This document shows positions 1 to 12,500 of a stretch of DNA of 64,000 bases, piece after piece. Below the pieces are notes generated by a model. It was not told where the DNA came from, did no database searches, and saw only the letters and a list, made by a program, of their open reading frames with translations. The stretch covers positions 157,232,001 to 157,296,000 of the forward strand of contig CM126212.1 of NCBI GenBank assembly GCA_052327205.1, given 5' to 3'. A program made the position numbers and the translations under genes. The number at the start of each line of letters is the position of its first letter. The stretch's first letter is position 1. The DNA is from Somniosus microcephalus (taxonomy: Eukaryota).

Positions 1-412
1 CCAAGGTATATAGAGGCCAGAACTGTTCACAGTGCTCCAAGTGTGGTCTAACCAAGGTATGTGGAGACCAGAACTGTTCACAGTGCTCCAAGTGTGGTCT
101 AACCAAGGTATGTGGAGACCAGAACTGTTCACAGTGCTCCAAGTGTGGTCTAACCAAGGTATATCGAGGCCAGAACTGTTCACAGTGCTCCAAGTGTGGT
201 CTAACCAAGGTATGTGGAGACCAGAACTGTTCACAGTGCTCCAAGTGTGGTCTAACCAAGGTATGTGGAGACCAGAACTGTTCACAGTGCTCCAAGTGTG
301 GTCTAACCAAGGTATGTGGAGACCAGAACTGTTCACAGTGCTCCAAGTGTGGTCTAACCAAGGTATGTGGAGACCAGAACTGTTCAGTGCTCCAAGTGTG
401 ATCTAACCAAGG
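1..412 (-). repeat. 51-bp minisatellite (~8 copies, runs off window start) derived from CR1 ORF2
   Basis: Unit gtggagaccagaactgttcacagtgctccaagtgtggtctaaccaaggtat. Its reverse complement encodes TLVRPHLEHCEQFWSPH, matching VRPHLEYCVQFWSPH of the CR1 ORF2 at 8041-9900. Degenerate CR1 sequence continues to ~510. Confidence 0.9.
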
Positions 413-675
413 TTAAACACAAATTTTACATAACTTCTCTGCTTTTCAATTCTATCCCTCTAGAAATGAACCCCAGTGCTTTGTTTACTTTTTATGGCCT
501 TATTAGCCTGCACCGCGACATTTATTCCTCCATAACCCAAAGGGCTGAGGCCAATCGTAGCACTCCTGCTATTGTCGTAACTCAGGTGAGCAAGTTCAGC
601 TGAGACCAGGGATGACTAACATCTAACTTTCATTTATCATTGATGAAGTTCATTCTTATCTATCTACGCATAGCC

Positions 676-1800
676 AGGGAATCGCCTGCAACGGCTTCTC
701 TTCCCGCTCCTGCATTGTTACCTCTGGTGTCCCCCAAGGATCTATCCTTGGCCTCCTCCTATTTCTCATCTACATGCTGCCACTGGGCGACATCATCCGA
801 AAACACTGCGTCAGTTTCCACATGTACGCTGATGTCACCCAGCTCTAGCTCACCACCACCTCTCTCGACCCCTCCACGGTCTCTAAATTGTCAGACCGCT
901 TGTCCAACATCCAGTTCTGGATGAGCAGAAATTTTCTCCAAGTATTGCGAAAACCGAAGCCACTGTTTTCGGTCCCCGCCACAAACTCCGTTCCCTAGCC
1001 ACTGACTCCATCCCTCTCGCCAACATCTGTCTGAGGCGGAACCACACTGTTCGCAACCTCGGTGTCATATCTGACCCTGAAATGAGCTTCCGACCGCATA
1101 TCCGTGACATAACTAAGACTGCCTATTTCCACCTCCGTAACATCGCCCGTCTCCGTCCCTGCCTCAGCTCATCTGCTGCTGAAACCCTCATCCATGCCTT
1201 TGTGACCTCTCGACTTGACTATTCCAATGCACTCCTGGCTGGCCGACCATACTCTACCCTACGTAAATGGAGGTCATCCAAAACTCAGCTGCCCGTGTCC
1301 TAACTCGCACCAAGTCCCATTCACCCATCACCCCTGTGCTCGTTGGCTCTTGGTTAAGCAACGCCTCGAATTCAAAATTCTTATCCTTGTTTTCAAATTC
1401 CTCCATGGCCTCATCCCTCCCCATCTCTGTAACCACCTTCAGCCCCACAACACCACCGCCACCCCCCCCGCACCCCCCCCCCCGAGATATCTGCACTCCT
1501 CTAATTCTACCCTCTTGAGCATCCCTGATTATAATCGCTCAATTATTGGTGGCCGTGCCTTCTGGTGCCTAGGTCCTAAGCTCTGGAATTCCATCCCTAA
1601 ACCTCTCTGCCTCTCTACCTCTCTCTCCTCCTTTAAGACGCTCCTTAAAACCTACCTCTTTGACCAAGCTTTTGGTCACCTGCCCTAATTTCTCCTTCTG
1701 TGGCTCGGTGTTAAATTTTTTGTCTTATAATACTCCTGTGAAGTGCCTTGGGACGTTTTATCATGTTAAAGGCGCTATATAAATACAAATTGTTGTTGTT
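676..1800 (+). mobile_element. L2-clade LINE, 5'-truncated, decayed RT C-terminus and 3' UTR
   Basis: GVPQGS-like and YAD-like codons; AAETLIHAFVTSRLDYSNALLAG; GGRAF..GPKLWNS; (TTG)n tail at ~1790-1800. Confidence 0.9.
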
Positions 1801-2334
1801 CAGGGTATTCCTCAATTTCGTTCAGGAGTGGGGGAAATCATACATTGGGGTTACAAACATTTGTTTTACGCAGCTCTTAATTTCACGTATTCACATTTTT
1901 TTTCTTAATCACCTTTCGCCTAACTCCCGCCCTGCGATTCTGTGTTCACTTAAATTGACGGGTGGAGAATCAGGTGCAGCTTGTGCCCCCATTTTGCAAC
2001 AGCTGCTCCTGGCAGACAAGGTTCTTGCACCCACGCACTGAAAATCTGGGCCGCTACCTTTGAATCTGTATCTCCCTGCCCTGCCAGAGTAAAAACATTC
2101 AAAATTCACTGCAGGCGTGTTCATTTGCGATATGCCAAACAATGTCCTTCTAGTAAAACTACCAGATAGCTGTCTTGGGAACAATCAAGTGCAGCCTTGT
2201 GGAACTTTTCATACCAAACACGTTCCAAATGGGAAAAAGGGGCTTTCATTTCATTTTCAGAAAGCAATACCAAGTGTTGCAAAATAACTATCTCATTACT
2301 ACCCCGTTTTACCTTGCAGCATCTTCACTTTTGT

Positions 2335-2790
2335 CCTTTAATCACACCTGCCCTCCACCTTGTCACAGACCTTATTCCTTTCCTGCCCTCCCCGCCTTTT
2401 CCCTGGCTTTGCGCTTGTTTAAAAGCCATTCATCTCTCCAATTCTGCTGAAAGATCATCGACCTGAAAGGGGCAATTTTAACCTAAAGCGGCAGTCAGGA
2501 ATCCGACGGGATCAGGTGGAACACTGGATTTACAGAACAGGCTCGATGGGCTGAATGGTTTACTCCTGTTCCGATGTTTACAAGCGGTCCAATATAACTC
2601 TCCATAGGGGTTGTAAAGCCAGCATTGCACCTGATCCCAACAGTTACCAGACTGGCGGGTTGGGTTAAAATTGATCTCCCCCCACCCCCAGTTAAGTTGA
2701 TTTCTTTCTCCACAGATGCCGTCTGGCCTGCCGAGTGCTTCCAGCCTTTTTTGCTTTTATTTCAGATTTCCAGCATCCGCAGTATTTTCC
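2335..2790 (+). mobile_element. Penelope-like terminal-repeat remnant with a degenerate minimal hammerhead core, split by a MITE
   Basis: ctgctga-aagatcatcgacct-gaaa at 2444-2468, resuming gttaag...ctccacagatgcc...atttcagatttccagcatccgcag after 2690. A related minus-strand fragment lies at ~38610-38675. Confidence 0.5.
2469..2678. mobile_element. Short MITE
   Basis: Imperfect TIRs ggggcaattttaacc / ggttaaaattgatctc; contains a CR1-3'UTR-like stem-loop segment (aacaggctcgatgggctgaatggtttactcctgttcc). Confidence 0.55.
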
Positions 2791-3896
2791 TTCGGAATAA
2801 AAATATCTTATGCTCCCCTTCTCTGTGCCAGCGACACATGGTGCCAGCCACTGATCTCCACCACTCTCTTTGGCTGTTAAGACCACCATTTAAGCACCCG
2901 CTTAGCATGGCAGCGATTTTAGTCTCAACATTATTTTGTTATGAATCAGCTCCTCAGCTAGTTATTTATTTGTGCTGGTGTTGAGGAGTGATCAGTTCGT
3001 TGCTGGAGAACGGAATGTTTTCTCACTCGGTGTCACTTTGCCCTAACAATGGGCCTTCATTGCCTCACCACCTCCACCACCTCGAATGAGTACCCTCCCT
3101 GCTATACCAATGTGGCATTTAAATTTTTCCCACCTGTCTCACGGTGTAGTTGAAGCATCATTACAATGAGGCTATCAAAAATGCTCTCACCAATTAATGT
3201 AAAACTGTCTTGAATCTTGGCCGTTTTATTCAGGACTAATTGGCACTAAGTAGAATATGTCTACTCTGGAATATGATTTGGATAGAGGCTGCCCAGACTA
3301 GCTGCAATTAGGCTTCTTGGCGCCCACAGAGAGAAAAAGCGGCTACTTTTAATCTAACAGTTTGGGCAGGATCCATATCTATATCCCCAAAGTGAGGGAA
3401 TTGTTTTTCAACTCATTGTACCATGCAGGTTCCCAATTATGATCTTCCTGCAAAACAATGAAAAGATGTAAAAAAAAGTCTCTCAAACTAACGTACTTAA
3501 ATGGCTGATTTATCCAGATTCACCCGGCACTCATCGCTGAAGAAGCTTTCGTTGTTAGGAGTCGAAGTGATAACAGAAAACCTAATAAAAAGTATTTTTA
3601 TACCTCGGAAGCTTTAATGCAACTTTTATTTGCGATTTTAGCTTAAAAAGTATAGAAAGAAAGACTTATCACATCAGAAGTGTCTTCAACTGCTTATCCA
3701 TATGTCAAATGACTATGAAGTGCAGTAACTGTTGCTTTGTAGGCAGAATATGTATTAATGGACCTCGCATGGAATTTGATAATGGCAAGTTGGATGGCAC
3801 GTTACTTTATAACAACAGGAGCATTTTTCAGTGTAACGCACAATGTATTATTCTGTTGCTAAAGCTGGAGCTGTGTTTAAGCTATCCTGTCTCTTT

Positions 3897-4460
3897 AAGA
3901 ACATAAGAAATAGGAGCAGGAATAGGCCACTTGGCCCCTCGAGCCTGCTCCGCCATTCAATAAGATCTTGGCTGATCTTGGGCTCAAAGCCACTTCCCTG
4001 CCTGCTCCCCATAACCCTTCACTCCCTTACCTTGCAAAAATCTGTCTATCTCCACCTTAAATGTATTTAATGACCCAGCCTCCACAGCTCTTTGGGGCAG
4101 AGAATTCCACAGATTTACAACCCTCTGAGAGAAGAAATTCCTCCTCATCTCAGTTCTAAAAGGGCGACCCTTTATTCTGAAACTATGCCCCCGAGTTCTA
4201 GATTTCCCCATGGGGGAAACATCCTCTCTGCAGCTACCTTGTCGTGCCCCCTCAGTATCTTTTTTATTTCAATAAGATCACCTCTCATTCTTCTAAATTC
4301 CAATGAGTATAGGCCCAACCTGCTCAACCTTTCTTCAAAAATCAACCCCCTCATCTCTGGAATTAACCTAGTGAATCGTCTCTGAACTGCCTCCAATGCA
4401 AGTATATCCTTCCTTAAATATGGAGACCAAAACTATACGCAGTACTCAAGTACTAAGGCC
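3897..4460 (-). mobile_element. CR1 LINE 3' fragment
   Basis: Minus-strand ORFs VQRRFTRLIP..LGLYSLEFRRMRGDLI and RTRGHS..RNFFSQRVVNLWNSLP; 3' stem-loop and (aagaacat)-type tail. Confidence 0.92.
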
Positions 4461-5419
4461 AGGAAATCTAGTTGTTATAAGCAAACGCATCCTGAGGTTA
4501 TTCAAAAATGTCACTGGTGTTTTGTGAGGGAAGTTTGCAGATGGCAATTTGTCTGTAAATTTCCAGATTCAGGTCAAGAATAAGAAACACCATCAAATGA
4601 CCAGCTTTCTTCTTTTTAATACATTTGATACTCTGAAGTGTGACCTCTGAAATGCAAGGTAGTTCTCAAGCCTAGATTCTCAGCTTCAGTGGAATTAGAG
4701 TGAGCCTTCAGGTTCCACTGCATTCCCTGACCCAGTCGAGTGGAAGCTCTAGGCCAACATACCTATCAGGCAGATAAACGCACATTATATCTACACATTC
4801 TGAACAATATTAGTCTCAGTAGTTGCTTTTTTTTGACAATTTCTCAGCTAAAATATTTGCTCTTGGGCTACACATGTGAACGCTCCCCCAATGTGCTACT
4901 GTCATGCACACAAGTGATTACATTGGAAAGAAGTCATTTTAAATGTTTAATGAAATCATTACTTTTTGAGCATTTTATTATCAAAACCTCTAATCTGCTG
5001 CAGACAGTTATGTCATGCAACCCGATATAATGAGATCTGATATATTGTGCCACTCTCCGGCTCTGCTAAGCTTCACACACTAATATTCTTTAGCCATTGG
5101 CTGCTGCACAAGTGGGCATTGATTCAAAGAACCAGAAAGACTGCTCATACACTAACTTCAGCTCTTTGAATCAGGGCACCACATATACTAATAGTACACA
5201 GGGGTACAAGATCTCTTCCACTATTTATACAATTCACATGGCATATTGATTAGATAGACTTTAATCAATTTGGTCATTATCAATTAAAAGGCATTGATCT
5301 GCACGTCCAGTATTTTGGCCGACAGCCACATTTTTCTCATTCAATTCTCTTAAGCTCCAAATACTCCACCTCCTCATGCTCCTCCCATCCTTACTATATT
5401 GTAACCAACGCTCAATCCT

Positions 5420-5635
5420 TTCCTCCTCTGAACTCTTCACTGCCTGAAAGGGTGGTGGTAGCTGTTTCAATAGTAACATTCAAAAGAGAATTGGATAAAT
5501 TCTAGCAGGGAAAAATTACAGGGCTATGGGGAAAGAGCAGGGGAGTGAGATTAATTGGATCGCTGTACCACAGAGGCACAGGCATGATGGGCCGAATGGC
5601 CTCCTTCTGTGCTGTATCATTCTATGACTCTATTC
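5420..5635 (+). mobile_element. CR1 LINE 3' end fragment
   Basis: gggctatggggaaagagcagggg...atgggccgaatggcctccttctgtgctgtatcattctatgactctat. Confidence 0.8.
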
Positions 5636-5959
5636 TTTTCTTCCTGCATGCTACAGGATTGTAAAACCCAAGCATGGTGTCACTTAGTCACTATTTCCTA
5701 GTCTTTTCATCCTTGATTGTGGGTCCTGATCTTTCACCCAAGTTTCTCAATTTCTTAAAAAAAGTGTAAACTCAGATACTGAAACCCTCGATAAAAAAAT
5801 ACCTTTGGTTTCACTGTTAGTATTGAATTATAACTTAAGTTATCAGTAATTTTATTGAACATTATTTTACCCATTTTCCTGGCTTCCCACCACACTGTCC
5901 TCATTCAGCCAAGCAGCAGCATGAGCCGGGCCACGGGCTTCTCTCTGTCCATTCGCATC

Positions 5960-6710
5960 TCCTCAGATAACGAAGCAGTCTGTGCGCACATGCAGCAAGA
6001 CCTGGACAACATCCAGGCTTGGGCTGATAAGTGGCAAATAATATTCATGCCACACAAGAGCCAGGCAATGACCATCTCCAACAAGAGCGAGTCTAATCAC
6101 CTCCCCTTGACATTCAATGGCATTGCCATTGTTGAATCCCCCACCAACAACATCCTGGGGGTGACCATTGACCAGAAACTTAACCGGGCCAGCCACATAA
6201 ATACTGTGGCTACAAGAGCAGGTAAGAGGCTGGGTATTCTGCAGCGAGTGACTCACCTCCTGACTCCCCAAAGCCTTTCTACCATGTACAAAGCACAATC
6301 AGAAATGTGATGGAATACTATCCACTTTCCTGGATGGGTGCAGCTCTAACATCACTCAAGAAGCTCGACACCATCCAAGACAAAGCAGCCCACTTGATTG
6401 GCACCACATCCACCACCGGCGCAAGGTGGCTGCAGTGTGTACCATCTACAAGATGCACTGCAGCAACTCGCCAAGGCTTCTTTGACAGCACCTTCCAAAT
6501 CCATAACCTCAACAACCTAGAAGGACAAGGGCAGCAGGCGCATGGGAACTCCACCACCTCCAAGTTCCCCTCCAAGTCACACACCATCCTGACTTGGAAA
6601 TATATAGTATTTCCTTTATCGTTGCTGGGTCAAAAAAGACAAACTAGGGATGGACAATAAATGCTGGCCTTGCCAGCAATGCCCGCATCCCGTGAATGAA
6701 TAAAAAAAAC
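5960..6710 (+). mobile_element. CR1-group (Crack-like) non-LTR retrotransposon 3' fragment, decayed
   Basis: QQDLDNIQAWADKWQ..LGVTIDQKL..LSTMYKAQ; 3' end gggatggacaataaatgctggcc plus A-rich tail. The same tail occurs at 18895-19110 and 40125-40270. Confidence 0.75.
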
Positions 6711-8040
6711 TAATTTTGTTATCTGTGTTTTCCCACATCAGAGGACTAGAGCAGGATAATCCTTCACCCCCCACTCCTGCCTGCCATACCTGTTACCCTC
6801 CCAGAAATAGAGTGCTCTATTGCACACTTTGATTTTTTTTTCCAGAAACCCATGCTTCAGGTACCAGCAAGGTTCATTGAGTAAAAGACAAGGACAACCA
6901 TGGTCTAATGTCTAGGCGATATCAAGCTCGGGCTTTAAAAGCCAGAAGATTGTAGGAGAAAGGAGACACACTGAGCGGAACCAAGGACTTTTAGATCCTG
7001 TGAAACAAAATGAATTAGGGGATGGTATAGTCAGTCTTAATTCTCATAACTGTGAAAATAGGAAAGAGTGTGCATGTTTGGAACATAACGAGCAAGAGTA
7101 AAAGTTCTGAACTGTATTGAGAATCATAGTACCAATGAAACGGAAACAAGAAAGCTATAACAGTGCAAGAGACTAGAAGTGAGAGGGGTACACCTATCAG
7201 CAAACAAGCTTTTTCTTGAATTGAATAATTAAGCTTTCATTATTCGCTGAAATATTGGAATGTCTAAACTTGAAATTGAGAAGATTGTTGAAAGCGATTT
7301 CAAGATAGTAACCTATATAATCATGATATATAATAATGCTTGCACTTACATAATGCCTACGCAGATCAGAACTTCTCAAAGCACTTCACATAGAGAATTT
7401 CTAGTTGATGTGCGGTGACTGTTGTCATGTAGGGAAATGTGCCAGCAAAATCCCACAAATAGCAGTGAGCTGTATGATCAGTTAGCAAGTGAAAGAGGAA
7501 TCTCCAGGCTCCCAGAGAAGTTTCTGTTATCCCTGGGATCTTTAATATCTACCTAATCAAGCATCTCATTCTAAGGGCAGTGCCTTCGATAATGCAGCTT
7601 TCTCTCAGTACCATGCCAGCAGTGAATAGAAAGCATTCCATGCAACTGCTGCAGTGTTAGCCTATTCAGTATATTACAGTGTAAAGCAATGATTAAATTC
7701 TTTACATCATCCTTAGCTTTGAAGCGAATTTCTGTTAACAATGTTCAGTTAGTGAAAGGGATTCCAGTCAGACTGTGTTTTAATTTATACGGAGAGGCAT
7801 TAAAACTATTTCTGTTAGCTCTAGCCTTGAAAAGGCACCTACCCTAGATTTGGACAATTCGTGAGGGAGTCAAGTTATGGGGAGTTATTCTTCTAGAAAC
7901 TGAAGTCCAGCTAATTGGATGAAAACATAGAAAACATAGAGATAGGAACAGGAGTAGGCCATTCGGCCCTTCGAGCCTGCTCCGCCATTCAATGAGATCA
8001 TGGCTGATCTTCGTCTGAGATCATAGCTGATCTTACCAGT

Positions 8041-9900
8041 TCAGTACCCCGTCCCCGCCTTTTCTCCGTAACCCTTAATCCCCTTAGCCTTCAGAAATAT
8101 ATCCAATTCTCTCTTGAAAATATTTATTGAATTAGCCTTCGCAGCCCTCTGTGGCAGGGAATTCCACAGGCTCACCACTCTTTGAGTGAAGAAATTCTTC
8201 CTCATCTCTGTTTTAAATGATTTGCCCGCTATTTTTAGACTGTGGCCCCTGGTTCTGTGCTCCCCGGCCATTGGAAACATTCTCTCTGAATTCAGCCTGT
8301 CCAGGCCTGCCATAATTTTATATGTTTCGATGAGATCCCCTCTCAATCTTCTAAACTCCAGTGAGTACAAGCCCAAACTATTTAATCTCTCTTCGTAGGT
8401 CATTCCCGCCATTCCAGGTATCAGCCTGGTGAATCGCCGTTGCACTCTTTCCATGGCAAGAACATCCTTCCGCAGATGGGGCGACCAAAACTGTACACAA
8501 TACTCCAGATGCGGTCTCACCAGCACCTTGTACAGCTGTAGTAAGGTATCCCTATTCCTATACTCGAACCCCCTTGATATGAAGGCCAACATACCATTTG
8601 CCTTCTTAATCGCCTGTTGCACCTGCATGCTCTCCTTCAGTGACTGGTGCACAAGAACACCCAGGTCCCTCTGCACTTCCCCATCTCCCAATCTATTGCC
8701 ATTTAGATAATAATCTACCCTCCTGTTTTTACCCCCAAAGTGGATAGCCTCGCATTTATCCACATTATAGTGCATCTGCCACGTATCCGCCCATTCCCCC
8801 AACCTGTCCAAATCGCACTGTAGCCTCCTGACATCCTCATCAGAGCCCACCCCTCCTCCTAGTTTAGTGTCGTCAGCGAATTTGGAAATATTGCATCCAA
8901 TTCCCTGATCCAGATCATTTATATATATTGTGAACAGCTGGGGTCCCAGGACAGATCCTTGCGGCACCCCGCTGGTCACTGCCTGCCACTCCGAAAACGA
9001 GCCGTTTATTCCAACTCTCTGTTTTCTATCCGCCAGCCAGTTCTCTATCCACGTTAATACTTTGCCCCCAATCCCATGAGCCTTAATTTTGCATGATAAT
9101 CTTTTGTGTGGAACCTTATCGAAGGCTTTCTGGAAGTCAAGGTACACCACATCCACTGGCTCTCCCCCATCTATTTTACCAGTTACTTCCTCAAAAAATT
9201 CCAGCAGATTAGTCAAACACGATTTACCCTTTGTAAATCCATGTTGACTCTGTCCGATCCTTTCCCCATTTGTCAAGTGCTCCGCTATTTTATCCTTAAT
9301 AATGGACTCTAGCATTTTGCCCACAACCGATGTAAGGCTTACTGGTCTATAATTCCCTGCTTTCTCTCTACCCCCCTTTTTAAATATTGGGGTAACATTA
9401 GCTACCCTCCAATCCACGGGTACTGTTCCCGAGTCAATGGAGTTCCGGAAGATGATCCTTAGAGCATCTGCTATCTCCAGGGCCACCTCCTTAAGTACCC
9501 TAGGATGTAGTTTATCAGGCCCCGGGGATTTGTCGGCCTTCAGTCCCCTCAACTTACCCAACACCATATCCCTAGAGATACTAATTTCTGTCAGCTCCTC
9601 CCTCTCATTAGTCCCTATGTTTGCCGATATTCCTGGGAGGTTATTTGTGTCCTCCTTTGTGAATACAGAACCAAAGTATGAGTTTAATTGGTCTGCCATT
9701 TCCTTATTCTCCATTATATATTCTCCCGAATCGGACTGCAAGGGACCGACTTGGGATTTTACCAGTCTTTTCCTCCTGATATACCGATAAAAGCTTTTGC
9801 AGTCTGTCTTTATGTTTGCTGCAAGTTTACTTTCGTATTCTATTTTCCCCTTCCTGATTAATCCCTTTGTCCTCTTTTGCTGTATCCTGTACTGCCCCAA
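8041..9900 (-). CDS. CR1 ORF2 C-terminal part: reverse transcriptase
   Basis: KSPGPD, NYRPVSLTS, QHGF, YLDFQKAFD, GVPQGSVLGP, FADD; open for 619 codons. Confidence 0.92.
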   Translation of the reverse strand: MGQYRIQQKRTKGLIRKGKIEYESKLAANIKTDCKSFYRYIRRKRLVKSQVGPLQSDSGEYIMENKEMADQLNSYFGSVFTKEDTNNLPGISANIGTNEREELTEISISRDMVLGKLRGLKADKSPGPDKLHPRVLKEVALEIADALRIIFRNSIDSGTVPVDWRVANVTPIFKKGGREKAGNYRPVSLTSVVGKMLESIIKDKIAEHLTNGERIGQSQHGFTKGKSCLTNLLEFFEEVTGKIDGGEPVDVVYLDFQKAFDKVPHKRLSCKIKAHGIGGKVLTWIENWLADRKQRVGINGSFSEWQAVTSGVPQGSVLGPQLFTIYINDLDQGIGCNISKFADDTKLGGGVGSDEDVRRLQCDLDRLGEWADTWQMHYNVDKCEAIHFGGKNRRVDYYLNGNRLGDGEVQRDLGVLVHQSLKESMQVQQAIKKANGMLAFISRGFEYRNRDTLLQLYKVLVRPHLEYCVQFWSPHLRKDVLAMERVQRRFTRLIPGMAGMTYEERLNSLGLYSLEFRRLRGDLIETYKIMAGLDRLNSERMFPMAGEHRTRGHSLKIAGKSFKTEMRKNFFTQRVVSLWNSLPQRAAKANSINIFKRELDIFLKAKGIKGYGEKAGTGY

Positions 9901-10949
9901 TCTTCCGGTCTGGTGCTTTTTTTTCCCAGTTGATATGCCCTTTTTTTTGATTTTATGCTGTCCCTAATTTCCCTCGTTATCCACGGTTGAGTCACCTTTT
10001 TAGGTTTATTTTTATGCCAAACCGGTATAAACATGTTCTGGAATTCTTCCATTCTATCTTTGAATGCTTGCCATTGTCTATCCACTGTCAATCCCCCCAG
10101 AAACACCACCCAATCAATCTTACCCAATTCCCGTCTCATACCCTCGTAATTCCCTTTATTTAAGTTCTGGACCTTAGTCTCTGATTCAATTTCCTCACTC
10201 TCCATCTCGACTGAGAGCTCGATCATATTATGATCGCTCTGACCCAAGGGGCCTCGTACAAGAAGATTGCTGATAAGTCCCTTCTCATTGCACAATACCC
10301 AATCTAAAATGGCCTGATCTCGAGTCGGCTCCTCGACATATTGGTCCAGATAACCGTCCCGAAAACATTCCAGGAATTCCTCCTCCTCAGAATTTTTACT
10401 AATTTGGGTAGTCCAATCAATATGTAAATTAAAGTCACCCATGATGACAGCTGTGCTCTTATCGCACGCTTCTCTAATTTCCCTTTTTATGCCTTCCCTC
10501 ACCTCCATATTACTATTTGGAGGCCTATATATCACACCCACTAACGTTTTCCTCCCCTTGCTATTTCTCATTTCTACCCATACAGATTCCGTTTCATCCG
10601 AGTTAATATCCTTCCTTTCCATTGCATTAATCCCCTCCTTTACCAGCAATGCTACCCCACCTCCCCTACCTTTTTGCCGATCCTTCCTAAATATTGTATA
10701 TCCCTGGATGTTAAGTTCCCAGCCTTGCCCACCCTGCAGCCACGTTTCTGTAATCCCAATCAAATCATACTTGTTTACCTCTATTTCCACAACTAATTCA
10801 TCCACCTTGTTCCTAATGCTTCTAGCATTAAGATACAAAGCCTTCAGGCTTGCTTTTTTCACACTCTCATTATGAATTAGTTTGGCCCTTTGTGTTTCTC
10901 TCCTTTGCTTATTGCTTCTCACCTTTCTACCATCTATTTCTGACTTCAT
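9858..10949 (-). CDS. CR1 ORF2 N-terminal part: apurinic-like endonuclease (frameshifted into the RT part at ~9896)
   Basis: YLNARS, ITETW, YRPP, GDFN, LDWV, SDH motifs all present. Confidence 0.9.
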   Translation of the reverse strand: MKSEIDGRKVRSNKQRRETQRAKLIHNESVKKASLKALYLNARSIRNKVDELVVEIEVNKYDLIGITETWLQGGQGWELNIQGYTIFRKDRQKGRGGGVALLVKEGINAMERKDINSDETESVWVEMRNSKGRKTLVGVIYRPPNSNMEVREGIKREIREACDKSTAVIMGDFNLHIDWTTQISKNSEEEEFLECFRDGYLDQYVEEPTRDQAILDWVLCNEKGLISNLLVRGPLGQSDHNMIELSVEMESEEIESETKVQNLNKGNYEGMRRELGKIDWVVFLGGLTVDRQWQAFKDRMEEFQNMFIPVWHKNKPKKVTQPWITREIRDSIKSKKRAYQLGKKSTRPEDWGSTGYSKRGQRD

Positions 10950-11152
10950 ATGACTTCCCTCTTTTCCACTACCTAGGTTCCCATCCCCCTGCCAAATTAG
11001 TTTAAATCCTCCCGAACCGCCCTAGAAAATACATTTAAGCATGTGGATTCTCACGAAGCCAGAGTGAAAGAAGGCATGTTGCAATGAATTCTCCAGTACC
11101 TTGTACCGTAAATGTCTGAAGTATATAGTAATGGTTATCATTGTATATGTGT

Positions 11153-12500
11153 AATCCGTGCCCATCTTTCTCAGAACTCCAAGTTTGAATCCCTCCAATC
11201 AGATTACCATCCCTGCCACAGTACCGAAACAGCTCTTATCAAAGTCACAAATGACATCCTTTGTGACTGTGACAAAGGCAAACTATCCCTCCTCTTCCTT
11301 CTCAACCTGTCTGCAGCCTTTGATATGGTGGACCACACCACCCTTCTCCAACACCTCTCCACCATCGTCCTGTTGGGTGGGACTGCGCTTGCCTGGCTCC
11401 ATTATTATCTATCTAATCGTAGGCAAAGAATCACCTGCAATGGCTTCCCTTCCCGCTCCCACACCATTCCCTCTGGTGTCCCCCAAGGATCTATCCTTGG
11501 CCCCCTCCTATTTCCCATCTAAGTGCTGCCCCTCGGTGACATCATCCGAAAACACTGAAAAGAAAGACAGACTTGCATTTATATAGTGCCTTTCATGACC
11601 ACCGGACGTCCCAAAGCGCTTTATAGCCAATGAAGTACTTTTTTTTGAAGTGTAGTCACTGTTGTAATGTAGGAAACCGCATCAGTTTCCACATGTAAGC
11701 TGATAACTAAATATTGGGAAGACCGAAGCCGTTGTCTTTGGTCCCCGCCACAAACTCCATTCCCTAGCCATCGACTCCATCCCTCTCCCTGGCAACCGTC
11801 TGAGGCTGAACCAGACTGTTCGCAACCTTGGTGTCATATTTGATCCGAGATGAGCTTCCAACCACATAATCCGCGCCATCACTAAGACAACCTATTTCCA
11901 CCTCCCGACTCTGTCCCTGCCTCAGCCTATCCGCTGCTGAAATCCTCATCCATGCCTTTGTTACCTCTAGACTTGAATATTCCTATGCACTCCTGGCTGG
12001 CCTCCCACATTCTACCCTCCGGAAACTTGAGGTCACCCAAAACTCTGCTGCTTGTCTCCTAACTCGCACCAAGTCCCGTTCACCCATCACCCCTGTCACC
12101 CCTGTGCTTGCTGACCTACATTGGCTCCCGGTTAAACAACACCTTAATTTTTAAAATTCTCATCTTTGTTTTCAAATCCTTCCATGGCCTCGCCCCTTCC
12201 TATCATCCAGCCCCACAACCCTCGGAGATATCTGTGCTCCTCCAATTCTGGCCCTTTGAGCATCAACAATTTTAACTGCTCCACCATTGGTGGCTGTGCC
12301 TTCAGCTACCAAGGCCCTAAGCTCTGGAAATCCTTCCCTCTCCACCTCCGTTTCCTCCTTTAAGATGCGCCTTAAAACCTACTTCATCTGCCCCAATATC
12401 TCATTATGTGGCTCGTGTCAAATTTTGTTTGATAATGCTGTGAAGTGCCTTGGGACATTTTACAGCGTTAAAGTCGTCGCTGTATAAATCTAAGTTGTTA
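11153..12500 (+). mobile_element. L2 LINE 3' portion, decayed, interrupted by a SINE fragment
   Basis: [35 protein letters not shown]; same 3' end as 676-1800. Confidence 0.9.
11558..11678 (-). mobile_element. SacSINE1-like SINE 3' fragment nested in L2
   Basis: Matches the tails of the full copies at 23331-23795 and 53860-54322. Confidence 0.85.

Larger units (their letters stand above)
7922..11025 (-). mobile_element. Young CR1 LINE, 5'-truncated at the very end of ORF1, with full-length ORF2
   Basis: ORF1 C-terminal RAVREDLN* near 11020-10997; ORF2 with APE and RT domains; 3' stem-loop and (aaaacatag)n tail at 7922-7940. Confidence 0.95.

Noticed and set aside
32-406. 124-aa repetitive ORF; superficially CRISPR-like periodicity
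   Set aside because: Pure 51-bp tandem repeat of antisense CR1 with no unique spacers and no cas genes; eukaryotic DNA.
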